Assembly (NCBI GenBank): GCA_002269645.1
Contig: NIVC01004244.1
Location: forward strand, 1-53,497
Length of the DNA stretch: 53,497 bases
DNA from: Macrostomum lignano
Lineage: Eukaryota
Direction of reading: 5' to 3'
Below, one piece after another: positions 1-11,420 of the stretch (the first letter of the stretch is position 1; each line of letters opens with the position of its first letter). The position numbers and the translations under genes were made by a program. Below the pieces are notes generated by a model. That model was given only the letters and a program-made list of their open reading frames with translations, was not told the origin of the DNA and ran no database searches.

Positions 1-351
1 AAGGCCCAGTCGCAGCGAGTTCAGCAGCCGCCCCATAGTCCAACAGCCTCGGCCTGTGCCGCTCAACAATAGGCAGAAGGCAGGCCGCTACGAAACGAGG
101 TGCTGAGATTTTGTACGACAGCTCCGGGGACAATTAGCTGTTGATTCTCTAGCCCAGGTGAACAATTGTTCGAGTTCTGCTTCTGACATGTCTAAATCTG
201 ACAGACTTCTGTTGGCTTTGATCGTGACTGCCTTTGTTTGATTTTCTGTCATCGTGTCAGACTGATCTACCGGTATTGATTGCGTCAATAACAAGGCTAA
301 CGGGTTTTGTACAACGGAGTGTAGAGTGAGGCTGACTGATCCAGATTCGAT
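1..351 (-). CDS. EHBP1-like exon (copy B): last strand of NT-C2 domain followed by a CH domain carrying three single-base indels; truncated by window edge
   Basis: Acceptor tttcag|ATC at 351, phase 0, continues exon 930-1454 (MAKK|IESGSVSLTLHSV, cf. EHBP1 LSKKVVSAALQFSL). Piecing frames gives [30 protein letters not shown][AFCA][12 protein letters not shown], a CH motif. May be a pseudogene or assembly error. Confidence 0.65.
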
Positions 352-469
352 CTGAAATTTGTTATAACTCAACTAAATTCTCATAACTCATTTTCGCAGA
401 TTAGCTTTATAGCAACGAATTATTAACTGCGATTCAGCGTAGCATAGCAACAACACGGTACAAAATTAA

Positions 470-922
470 CATGGCAACAGCATAGCAACAGCATAACAGC
501 ATAGCAACAGCATAGCAACAGCAGAGCAACAGCACAGCAACATCATAGCAACAGCACAGCAACAGCACAGCAACATCATAGCAACAGCACAGCAACATCA
601 TAGCAACAGCACAGCAACATCATAGCAACAGTACAGCAACATCATAGCAACAGTACAGCAACATCATAGCAACAGCACAGCAACAGCATGGCAACATCAT
701 AACAGCATAGCAACATCATAGCAACAGCACAGCAACAGCACAGCAACATCATAGCAACAGCACAGCAACATCATAGCAACAGCATAGCAACAACATAACA
801 ACAGCGCAGCAACAGCATGCAACACCATAACAGCATAGCAACATCATAGCAACAGCACAGCAACATCATAGCAACAGCACAGCAACATCATGGCAACAGC
901 ATGAGAAAACACAGAAACAGCA
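470..922. repeat. ~11-bp minisatellite (CATAGCAACAG/CACAGCAACAT variants) filling intron 352-929
   Basis: Direct reading of tandem units. Confidence 0.95.
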
Positions 923-929
923 AAGCAAC

Positions 930-1454
930 CTTTTTAGCCATCCGCTCGCTAGGCACTAAATCCAATTGTAGCTCCAAACTCTTCTCATTGCCAGCTGGAT
1001 CGATGAGATCTAGCGACGCCAGATCTAGCTGGCACCGGGCCAACGGTTTAATCCTAGTCGAACTGAGAACAGAAGACAGAGGAGACCTCCGCAGAAGCCG
1101 CTGTCCATTCCCCTGACTGCAGCGATGCTCTTCAAGTGTGACCGTCAGGTTGGTTGCCAACAGAGAAGTCGGTTCAGAATCTTTAAGCAGCACCGAGCCT
1201 CTAAAACATTTCTTTGCCTTCGGAGTGGACAGAATGACAGTCTGTGGATTGCTAGACCAGTCAAGACGGCAGCCCCGAGGGTTGGACAGGCAGGCCGACC
1301 AGCTGCTTGGCTCTGTGCTAGCCGAGACGGTTGATGAAGTTGAAGATGAATCTGCAGATGAAGCTGACAGCGTCACACGAAGATTACCAGGGTTGAAGCC
1401 TGCTGCGCAGATTAACGAAGCTGACGAAATGCGGGCCTTGAGCTGCACTTCCGC
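930..1454 (-). CDS. EHBP1-like exon (copy B): NT-type C2 domain
   Basis: Acceptor attgcag|GCG at 1454 and donor AAG|gttgct at 930, both phase 0. CAAGFNPGNLRV, WSACLSNPRGCRLDW and PLARCQLDLAS align by eye with EHBP1 NT-C2 motifs (CTKKWQPDKLVV, WQPGIKNPYRGVVVW, ALATSSINMK). Confidence 0.7.
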
Positions 1455-1504
1455 CTGCAATAATGAGAATTGGAGACTGGGAATACTCGACTTCTGCTTT
1501 TACT

Positions 1505-1893
1505 GCTGGCCCAGCAACTGAGGATCTGAGAGGCTGGCCCAGCAACTGAGGATCTGCGAGGCTGGCCCAGCAACTGAGGATCTGGGAGGCTGGCCCAGCG
1601 ACTGAGGATCTGGGAGGCTGGCCCAGCAACTGAGGATCTGCGAGGCTGGCCCAGCAACTGAGGATCTGGGAGGCTGGTGGCCCAGCAACTGAGGATCTGG
1701 GAGGCTGGCCCAGCAACTGAGGATCTGCGAGGCTGGCCCAGCAACTGAGGATCTGGGAGGCTGGCCCAGCAACTGGGGATCTGGGAGGCTGGCCCAGCAA
1801 CTGAGGATCTGGGAGGCTGGCCCAGCAACTGACACTCTGGGAGGCTGGCCCAGCAACTGACACTCTGGGAGGCTGGCCCAGCAACTGAGGATC
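1505..1893. repeat. 28-bp minisatellite GCTGGCCCAGCAACTGAGGATCTGGGAG, ~14 copies
   Basis: Unit starts at 1505, 1533, 1561 etc.; explains overlapping repetitive ORFs. Confidence 0.95.
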
Positions 1894-2197
1894 AGACAGA
1901 CAGACACTAAAGGATGGGGGACAGGGACACTTCAAAAACATTAATGAACAAGATCAGATAGAGTACAACAGTACATGTATATGACTGTAAAATCCATTCA
2001 ATATCAAGGCTAAATCATTTTGAATTTTATTTACATAAGAAAGTCGTTTAAAACAAGAGATTTACTAAGAAATCGAACGCAAATGATGCAAAAAACAAAA
2101 AAGGGCCCCGATCGGTTATGAAAGACGAGATGATGAGATTGTCAAAATGTGATTTTTTACTACAGAAAGTTCTCTCGCAATACTCAAGTTACTCAAG

Positions 2198-2489
2198 TCA
2201 CAGAACGGCACACGATGACCAGTCAATTTGAAGAGCCACAAGTGACTGAGTCCTGAAGTGAGATTGCGCTTCTAGTGAGTACACAACCAGACAGTTGTCG
2301 CGTTGATTGTCAAACTCTCCAGCATCCAGAATTACCCAGTCATCTTCATCGTCACTAAAGTTCACCCGCTGGCCTGAACCTCTTGGAGGTGCCTGTCTAC
2401 CAAGTCGATCTCGCAGTTGGCGCAGAAATGCCCCAATTAGTGCAGGGCTTGGGATGCGATGAAGCACCAGATCTGCCGGATCGGGGACT
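2198..2489 (-). CDS. EHBP1-like exon: C-terminal helix of CH domain 2 plus acidic tail; probable terminal exon of copy A
   Basis: Acceptor cttcag|A at 2489, phase 2, joins exon 2636-3054 (LGVDR|VPDPADLVLHRIPSPALIGAFLRQL, cf. EHBP1 [24 protein letters not shown]); TGA at 2198-2200. Confidence 0.75.
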
Positions 2490-2635
2490 CTGAAGTGTGT
2501 CAAAAGCATGGAAACCTACTATATTGTTTTACTTCTATATCAAGGCTTACGAGGGAATAAATAATTTTCGTTACCTTGCATATTGCGAGTAACTAAATAT
2601 CGACAACATAAAAAATTATAGCATCAGCTTCGCAC

Positions 2636-3054
2636 CTGTCAACGCCCAGCTGTCTAGCGGCTGCAAACGCCAAACGATGATTCTCACGCATGTCGTTAGT
2701 AAGAAAATTGTAATCAATTAGCCAAGGTGCAAATCTATTAATTATGGCGCAAAATGCCAGACCATTGCGAAACGAGGTATGCCGATTAGAGATCTGCACA
2801 AATCGATAGCCTTGGCTGCACTGCTGGCTCCAAGCCAGAAGGCTGTCCGTGAACTCGCTTTCTAGAGGAGAAGCTTGAAAGTTAGCGATCGAGTCTGGGC
2901 TGGATGGCTGTACACTGGGAAGTGGCTCAACAACTTGACTGAGACTGCTCACAGATGATGACGGATGCTGCGGCTCGGGCCGTGGCAAGTTCAGTTCAGA
3001 GGCAACAGTCGGACAGTGCAATCGGAGAAGCAGAGACAGGCTTGCGAATGCTAC
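2636..3054 (-). CDS. EHBP1-like exon: CH domain 2
   Basis: DSLLAWSQ...TSFRNGLAFCAIINRFAPWLIDY...NHRLAFAAARQLGV is a typical EHBP1/MICAL-type CH domain; acceptor caacag|GTA (phase 0), donor AG|gtgcga (phase 2). Confidence 0.85.
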
Positions 3055-3262
3055 CTGTTGCACAGGTTTTAATTGGAATTATAGGATAGCTTAGATACCG
3101 GCTGGAGTCCCTAAATAAACCTAACTTTACAGTCTCCCAAATTCTATATTCACAAAGTACTGCGTCTGTTGAGGAATATGAAACGCCCTAACAGAACAGA
3201 ACGTGCTTTGAAATTAGAAATTTTTGCTAAAAACCTCCTTTGAAGTTAAAATGTATTTGAGA

Positions 3263-3323
<61 letters not shown>

Positions 3324-3341
3324 GATCTATCTATCTATCTT

Positions 3342-3395
<54 letters not shown>

Positions 3396-3396
3396 G

Positions 3397-3432
<36 letters not shown>

Positions 3433-3441
3433 ATCTATCTG

Positions 3442-3496
<55 letters not shown>

Positions 3497-3497
3497 G

Positions 3498-3529
<32 letters not shown>

Positions 3530-3554
3530 ATCTATCTATCTATCTATCTATCTG

Positions 3555-3586
<32 letters not shown>

Positions 3587-3632
3587 ATCTATCTATCTAT
3601 CTATCTTTCTATCTATCTGTCTATCTATCTAT
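3263..3632. repeat. (TATC)n microsatellite in intron 3055-3732
   Basis: Direct reading. Confidence 0.98.
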
Positions 3633-3732
3633 CCAAAGTGAAAACTATCAAAGATTAACATTTTCCTTATCCTAAACTTGGCTTATTAATTCTAACTTTA
3701 CCTCAGATTTTGCTCTAACCTAATTGCTTTAC

Positions 3733-4235
3733 CTTTTTAGACTTGCTCCGAAGCTGCAGCTCTGCAAGCCATTGATTTCCACCATTGACAGCCCGAGCAA
3801 TGCCCGCCAATTCAAGGATCTTTACCGATCTACTAGCAATAATCTTGCACTCTGCGGTGCTAGCAAAGCTTCTATTAGCAGCAGATTCTAACAGGGCAAA
3901 TTTCCACGAATCAGACGGGACGCAAGAGAAGACGAATGTGACGGAGGAGTCGCCGCAGTCCGCGGCGGTGACGCAGAAGCGACGGGCGTTGGCGGAATTC
4001 GCCGATAAACTCCAACACTGCGGCTCCGTGCGGTGAAGCCAACGACACCCTTTGCTTTTGCGCAGCGACTTCCTTAACAGACGATCAAGAACGCCACTGC
4101 CGCCAGGTTTTCTGATTGTTGCAGCATCGTTTGGAGCAGCAACTGCCGACAACTCACGGAGAGGACGCTTTGACTTCGGAGGGGACTCAACTGAGAAGCA
4201 CGCAAAGCTGACGATGAGCTGCTGCTGCTGCATAG
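3733..4235 (-). CDS. Probable linker exon of EHBP1-like locus
   Basis: GC-rich open frame; acceptor tttctgcag|CT at 4235 (alternative CAG acceptors follow); donor AAG|gtaaag at 3733 is phase 0 and matches exon 2636-3054. No recognisable domain. Confidence 0.55.
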
Positions 4236-4487
4236 CTGCAGAAACAAGAAAAGTTAAGAGTATTATAAATTGTTTTCATCAGATTGCTTTTGTCTGAGCT
4301 CAGCTAACTAAATTGTCTTTCCAGACAGGCCAATTCGCTCCCAGATACCATCTTAATGAACTGACAGGAGCTTACACGAGATTCGCTTTCAGAAGCTCGA
4401 AGTCTCTATCCGACCTTCGGGTCCTTTGAAACTCCACAATGGCAATCCGGCACGCTCAAAGTCTGTCTCTTTGATCTCAGCTCTCTA

Positions 4488-4960
<473 letters not shown>

Positions 4961-6459
4961 TCGATTACTTTTCCTTTACTATCTCATCTCTTATGGAATA
5001 TGAATTTAAAAAACGCTGTTTATTGTATACACGAAATCAGATTGACATTTTTGCAGCTTTCTTTTCTGCCTTGGGTTGTGGGATATCGAAGCTTCACATT
5101 CTAGCCAAAGAAAAACTTTATTAAACTTTAAGTCAGTTGTTGACAGAGAATTTCTGAACTATTGTGTTGCGAGACCATCAGTGTCAGGATGGTCTAGGCG
5201 TTGCTGATGTATCCTAATGTATCATCTGCATCCACCTAAAACAACTTCAATTAGCTACAAAATTGTTATAGCTAGACAAATAACAAAACACACGAGATAA
5301 GAGGATCAATCTACGTTTTTTCCGCGTGTTTTCTAATAAATTTTAATAAAAAACATTAAAAACCATACACTGTGATTGTTATGTTGTAAAAGAAGTACAG
5401 CCAAAAAATAATTGATAAAATTGAGATTGTGTTTTTGGAAGATACGAAATCTTCTCTAATCTCTAATCTTGTAATTTGTTAGCACTCGGCAACATGTTAA
5501 AATTTCCAACCCTAAAACCAATGGTCAATAATAATAACAATGACAATAATAGATTAAATCGGCTCAAATGGCCAGCGTGCAACCGACAGCTCGATCCTCA
5601 CCAGCTTTAGACTTTAGTGGAAACTTTAACATGTTGCCGAGTGCAGGATTTCAGGAATGTACTTTTAGATATTGTATAGATAAACAGCGGTAGATGCAAT
5701 AAAAAGACATTCCTGCTTGCGTAAATTGGTTCAATTTTAACGCTTAAAACTGTATAAAAACGGTAGAAAAACTTTCTAATATTCAAAAAGAATAGAAAAC
5801 AATATAGTTCCAAACAAAAATATCAAGTTACAGTTTTAAAAAACTTCAACTCTATAAAAAATCGCATTTGTACACTATAGTCTTGTTTGCCTGAAAGTCA
5901 GATATAAGAACTGAAAAAATAGGTTTTTTTTGCTATCAATTTGGTTTGTTTCGCGAGCATAAAAATTTAAACTCCAACTTTAGCCATTAGCCTTTCTGCC
6001 ATGGCATATTTTTAACTTGATTGGCTTAGTTTTAAAAGTTAAAACCCACACGTAGGAGGAACGTTGTAGTGTAGTGGCGCTGTAGTGGCGCCGGACTCAG
6101 CAGCCGATTGCCTGCGCAGAGTATTTGAATAACTATAAACGAATAGCTTCAAACGAATTAATAATAACAATACAGTAATCATACATGCGCAACCTCCAAA
6201 ATTCGGTCGGCCATGCGACTTAGTTTTTACAAAAATGCGACGTAGTTTTTGGCCAAAAATGCGACTTACATGTAAAAAAACCCTAATGCAAAATTAACGC
6301 AACTTTGGGTAAACGACAGGAGTAACTATGACTGTCTTATTAAGTCAAAATGCCTCGTCAGCTACTTAGTACTACTACTTTGGTATTTTTTGGGTGGGCA
6401 TTTTTGCGACTTCCTTGGTTGGCCGCCAAATCGGTCGGCCGGATCGGCCGACTGTTGCG

Positions 6460-6665
6460 CATTTATGACAGTAATTGATTACACCTGGCCCAATCGGGCT
6501 ATTGCGCGGCGCATCTGAAGGCTGCGTACGGCTGTTCAGTCCAAGGACTGGGGGGTGTCGCCAGTCGCCACAAACTCTCAATTACCCCAGTGGGTCCAGT
6601 AGGTCGAGAATCGAACCTCCGACCTTTCAGTCGTGGGTCCGACGCTCTAATCACTAGGGAGTACG
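6460..6665 (-). mobile_element. tRNA-derived SINE-like element (3' boundary uncertain)
   Basis: Minus strand: A-box-like TAGTGATTAGAG (6646-6657) and B-box GGTTCGATTCT (6608-6618), about 27 bp apart, followed by a GC-rich body; no complete cloverleaf. Confidence 0.5.
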
Positions 6666-7229
6666 ACGTTTGCTTGCCGAACTTTGCTTGCGGAATTTTG
6701 ATGTCTGTTTCCTAGAAACTCACAATCACAATTGCAAGATTTTAACTTGCCGAATTATTTTCTTGTCTGCTTGCTTGTTTTGATTGCTTGTGAAGTTGGT
6801 CAGTCAATTATTACTTACTACAGATGCTTTGCAAGTGGATTCTTATCAGCGTCGACGTAAACTGACTTGACACTAAGCTTTCAAACTAGGCTTATAGAGT
6901 TTCATTCTAAGAATTTAGTATATAGAAATGATGTACATTGATGTACAATGTACGTTCATTTCCAAAAAATCTATTCTGTACACTTCGGTGCCTAAATCAT
7001 TCGATATGTGCATTGTTCGAAATTGTGTCCAATTTTTGTTGAAAATGTATTCCCAGTAAAAAACTCAATTATTCCATTTCTGCATTAGGAGGGCTTTTCA
7101 AATCCGTCATATCCTCATACAAAATCATAACACTATAGGCGACTTCCACGAATCTTAGAAAATAAAAATTAGAAATACAAGAGCTCAATAATAGGTTCTT
7201 TAAGATTCCGCAAGAAAACTGTGGCTGGC

Positions 7230-7545
7230 AAACCTCGGCAAGCAAAATTTCTGCAAGCAAAGTTCGGCAAGCAAAGCTCGGCAAGCAAAGTTCGGCAAGC
7301 AAACTTCGGCAGGCAAACTTCGGCAAGCAAACTTCGGCAGGCAAACTTCGGCAAGCAAACTTCGGCAAGCAAAGTTCGGCAGGCAAACTTCGGCAGGCAA
7401 ACTTCGGCAAGCAAACTTCGGCAAGCAAAGTTCGGCAAGCAAAGTTCGGCAGGCAAACTTCGGCAGGCAAACTTCGGCAAGCAAAGTTCGGCAAGCAAAG
7501 TTCGGCAAGCAAAAGTCCCGCAAGCAAACTTCTCGCAAGCAAATT
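7230..7545. repeat. 14-bp minisatellite GCAAACTTCGGCA(A/G), ~22 copies; two inverted copies of the motif at ~6670-6695
   Basis: Direct reading. Confidence 0.93.
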
Positions 7546-7555
7546 TCATAGACCC

Positions 7556-7638
7556 GAGTTTGTGTAACAATCATGCCCCATTCGGTTGTAGCCTAGTGGT
7601 TAAGTCTACCGAATGGAGCATGATTGTTACACAAACTC
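7556..7638. other. 83-bp near-perfect hairpin (31-bp arms, 21-nt loop)
   Basis: 7556-7586 is the reverse complement of 7608-7638 with one mismatch. Confidence 0.9.
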
Positions 7639-7666
7639 ATTAGTAACTGTTAGTGACCACTCTCAC

Positions 7667-7968
7667 CGTTCAATGCCGAGAACATTAGCGGCCTCCATCA
7701 CCATAGCAAACCTGCGAGCGTTGCCTCCAGTCCCGATGACAGCTCGAAGATCAATTAGATCCGGTCTGTGCTTGTGAATGATGGCGCACAGAACCACACC
7801 GTCGCGAAATCCCGCAACAGCCCAGTCTGAATTGCACACCAGCGGATAGCTTTTCAGCGCCTCCTTCGTCCACGAAATAAGACTGTCAGTGAGTTCCGGG
7901 AATTGTTGGCGCGACTCTTGTGAGAAACAACAGCAGGCATTTGATTCGGCAAATGGCTCCTGGAACTT
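7667..7968 (-). CDS. EHBP1-like exon (copy A): CH domain 1
   Basis: Not in the ORF track. Frame reads LTDSLISWTKEALKSYP...GFRDGVVLCAIIHKHRPDLIDL...AANVLGIER; donor CG|gtgaga at the same CH position and phase as CH2. 5' boundary depends on a 44-nt intron model. Confidence 0.75.
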
Positions 7969-8012
7969 CTAGCGAGAAGCGACTGCAGCTGAAGCGTATC
8001 ATTTATATTTAC

Positions 8013-8840
8013 TCGTGTCCTAGCAATATCGCGCAATGCTTCATTTGACTTCAGCGAATCCAGCCTCAGCTCTGATTGATTACCCGACTCAGGAATCGAA
8101 GTAGTACTACTCAAAATAGAGAGATTAAACTGTTTGTCATCGTTTGTAGTTTGGCAACTTTGCAAACCGGTTACTGCAACTGGGTCCTCGGCAGCTGCAT
8201 CAACTAGAGACTTCTGCAAACCGGTCACTGCAACTGGGTCCTCGACAGCTGCATCAACTAGAGACTTCTGCAAACCGGTCACTGCAACTGGGTCCTCGGC
8301 AGCTGCATCAACTAGAGACTTCTGCAAACCGGTCACTGCAACTGGGTCCTCGGCAGCTGCATCAACTAGAGACTTCTGCAAACCGGTCACTGCAACTGGG
8401 TCCTCGGCAGCTGCATCAACTAGAGACTTCTGCAAACCGGTCACTGCAACTGGGTCCTCGGCAGCTGCATCAACTAGAGACTTCTGCAAACCGGTCACTG
8501 CAACTGGGTCCTCGGCAGCTGCATCAACTAGAGACTTCTGCAAGCCGGTCACTGCAACTGGGTCCTCAGCAGTTGCACCAACCAGAGGCTGAGCACCTTG
8601 AGTACCCTGAATCAAAGCATCCTTGTCTGACGACAGCTCTGCTAACGTTTGAGAAGTATTTGATTGGTTCGTAGCGAGGGCCTGCGCTTTGGAAAAACAC
8701 GGCGAAGTTACTGGTGGTTCATCAGAGCCACCACCACCAACATCAGAGTCGTTTAGTTGCTGATTTGGCCTTAGAAATCCTTCATCAGGATTTTTAATCC
8801 CGATTGTATAGACGGTTAGCGACACACTTGCAGCAGTTAC
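8013..8840 (-). CDS. EHBP1-like exon (copy A): end of NT-C2 plus low-complexity linker containing 18-aa repeats
   Basis: Acceptor attacag|GTA at 8840, phase 0 (DPRL|VTAASVSLTVYTI); 3' boundary uncertain (donor CGA|gtaaat at 8013 or a frameshift). Confidence 0.65.
8160..8582 (-). repeat. Coding 54-bp tandem repeat (DAAAEDPVAVTGLQKSLV), ~8 copies
   Basis: In-frame tandem units inside exon 8013-8840. Confidence 0.9.
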
Positions 8841-8974
8841 CTGTAATGTGGGTAAAAAGTGAATGAGTGAAAAAGGTATTTGTTATAGCCACTCTAATAC
8901 TACTTACAAGTAGGAAGCTACACTTCCAAATAGTGCAACCCTAATTACATAGAGTTCGGAAAAACTCCACTGAC

Positions 8975-9403
8975 CAGTCTAGGATCGGTGGGCGTCAGAC
9001 TGTAAGTCGCTAATTCAGAAACTCTCTGCTCAATTAGGTCAGAGCTGACAAACTCAGCCAAGTTGATGCGACATCGAGCTACCTCAACCCGGCTATTAGG
9101 CATGATGGTCTTTCGCTTCTTAGTCTCAACTTGTAGTCGCCAGATCTTGTCTTGATAGCGGCCGCGCTCCGTTGAATCATTTCGGAATTTAAACTTGGCC
9201 GTTAAATCAACAGTTTGAGGCGAGAGCCAATTAACGCAGCGAACGCTCGGATTGGCTGCCTGTGCCGACCAATCAGAGAGCTCCGTGGAGCGCCGTTTCG
9301 TCGATTTAACTAAAGCAACGCCTAACTGACTCGGTTGGAATTCTGGGCAGCAATCGACCGACACGCGGTGGAAGCTGACGGTCACGTGATACTTTACGGT
9401 AGG
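8975..9403 (-). CDS. EHBP1-like exon (copy A): NT-type C2 domain; start-codon exon not located
   Basis: PTVKYHVTVSFHRVSVDCCPEFQPSQLGV...NPSVRCVNWLSPQTVDLT...YQDKIWRLQVE...VARCRINLAEF matches EHBP1 NT-C2 by eye; acceptor ttttccag|CCT, donor CTG|gtcagt, both phase 0. Confidence 0.8.
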
Positions 9404-9924
9404 CTGGAAAAGTGTATGGAAGCATGCGTGCTATAGGATCACGACAGGTGCAAGGTACAAGTGTAATTTTTAGCACTTTAATTATAAACTGCCTATCATA
9501 CTATACCACTCTACTGATTATATATTAACCGGGTGTTTTAAGCGTCCAAAATCAGTCAGACAGTTCAAAATCAAATCAAATACCAATACTTTCTACTCTA
9601 AAATTTGTATTTCTAAGCCTCTCTAACCTCGAAAAGCTGCAAAAGTCTTTAGCTTTCATGCTTATAGATTACTGAACCTTAAAATGCAATTGATAGAAGT
9701 CTTAAACTCTTCGTCGCCTCATTGCGATCAAGCGAAACTATATTGTACTACTGTATACGTGTAAGAGTGGAAACAGTTAAACCTGCTATGTTGCAGATGT
9801 ACCATAGCGCGTACATGTTAAGTTCACACAACTATTGAAACTTGAAGTTAAAATGAATTCGAACTTGAAGACATTCAGTTATACATGTATCTACTAGTAA
9901 AGTGAATATTTCAACTGATTAAGC

Positions 9925-11420
9925 TGTAATCGTTTAAGTGTGTTGGTATACAAGTGTCTATCGTTTAAATGTGTTGTTATACAGGTGTCTATCGTTTAAG
10001 TGTGTTGTTATACAGGTGTCTATCGTTTAAGTGTGTTGTTATACAGGTGTCTATCGTTTAAGTGTGTTGTTATACAGGTGTCTATCGTTTAAGTGTGTTG
10101 TTATACAGGTGTCTAACGTTTAAGTGTGCTGTTATACAGGTGTCTATCGTTTAAGTGTGTTGGTGTCTGTCGTTTAAGTGTGTTGGTGTCTGTCGTTTAA
10201 GTGTGTTGGTGTCTGTCGTTTAAGTGTGTTGTTGTACAGGTGTCTATCGTTTAAGTGTGTTGTTGTACAGGTGTCTATCGTTTAAGTGTGCTGTTATACA
10301 GGTGTCTATCGTTTAAGTGTGTTGTTATACAGGTGTCTATCGTTTAAGTGTGTTGTTATACAGGTGTCTATCGTTTAAGTGTGTTGTTATACAGGTGTCT
10401 ATCGTTTAAGTGTGTTGTTGTACAGGTGTCTATCGTTTAAGTGTGCTGTTATACAGGTGTCTATCGTTTAAGTGTGTTGTTATACAGGTGTCTATCGTTT
10501 AAGTGTGTTGTTATACAGGTGTCTGTCGTTTAAGTGTGTTGTTGTACAGGTGTCTATCGTTTAAGTGTGCTGTTATACAGGTGTCTATCGTTTAAGTGTG
10601 TTGTTATACAGGTGTCTATCGTTTAAGTGTGTTGTTATACAGGTGTCTATCGTTTAAGTGTGTTGTTATACAGGTGTCTATCGTTTAAGTGTGTTGTTAT
10701 ACAGGTGTCTAACGTTTAAGTGTGCTGTTATACAGGTGTCTATCGCTTAAGTGTGTTGTTATACAGGTGTCTATCGCTTAAGTGTGTTGTTATACAGGTG
10801 TCTATCGTTTAAGTGTGTTGTTATACAGGTGTCTAACGTTTAAGTGTGCTGTTATACAGGTGTCTATCGCTTAAGTGTGTTGTTATACAGGTGTCTATCG
10901 CTTAAGTGTGTTGTTATACAGGTGTCTATCGCTTAAGTGTGTTGTTATACAGGTGTCTAACGTTTAAGTGTGCTGTTATACAGGTGTCTATCGCTTAAGT
11001 GTGTTGTTATACAGGTGTCTATCGTTTAAGTGTGTTGTTATACAGGTGTCTATCGTTTAAGTGTGTTGTTATACAGGTGTCTATCGTTTAAGTGTGCTGT
11101 TATACAGGTGTCTATCGCTTAAGTGTGTTGTTATACAGGTGTCTATCGTTTAAGTGTGTTGTTATACAGGTGTCTGTCGTTTAAGTGTGTTGTTATACAG
11201 GTGTCTATCGTTTAAGTGTGTTGTTATACAGGTGTCTATCGTTTAAGTGTGTTGTTATACAGGTGTCTAACGTTTAAGTGTGCTGTTATACAGGTGTCTA
11301 TCGCTTAAGTGTGTTGTTATACAGGTGTCTATCGTTTAAGTGCGTTGTTATACAGGTGTCTATCGTTTAAGTGTGTTGTTATACAGGTGTCTATCGTTTA
11401 AGTGTGTTGTTATACAGGTG
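9925..11420. repeat. 31-bp minisatellite GTGTCTATCGTTTAAGTGTGTTGTTATACAG, ~48 copies, with a few shortened units near 10150-10225
   Basis: Direct reading; 31-bp period. Confidence 0.97.

Noticed and set aside
3224-3658. SIYL-repeat protein and other repeat ORFs (1384-1941, 7069-7643, 15006-16156, 50290-50808)
   Set aside because: Translations of micro- and minisatellites lying in introns.
6600-6665. Functional tRNA gene
   Set aside because: A and B boxes are present but acceptor and anticodon stems do not pair.
9925-11420. CRISPR array (also considered for the 28-, 30- and 34-bp repeats)
   Set aside because: Units are contiguous with no unique spacers, there are no cas genes, and the context is eukaryotic.
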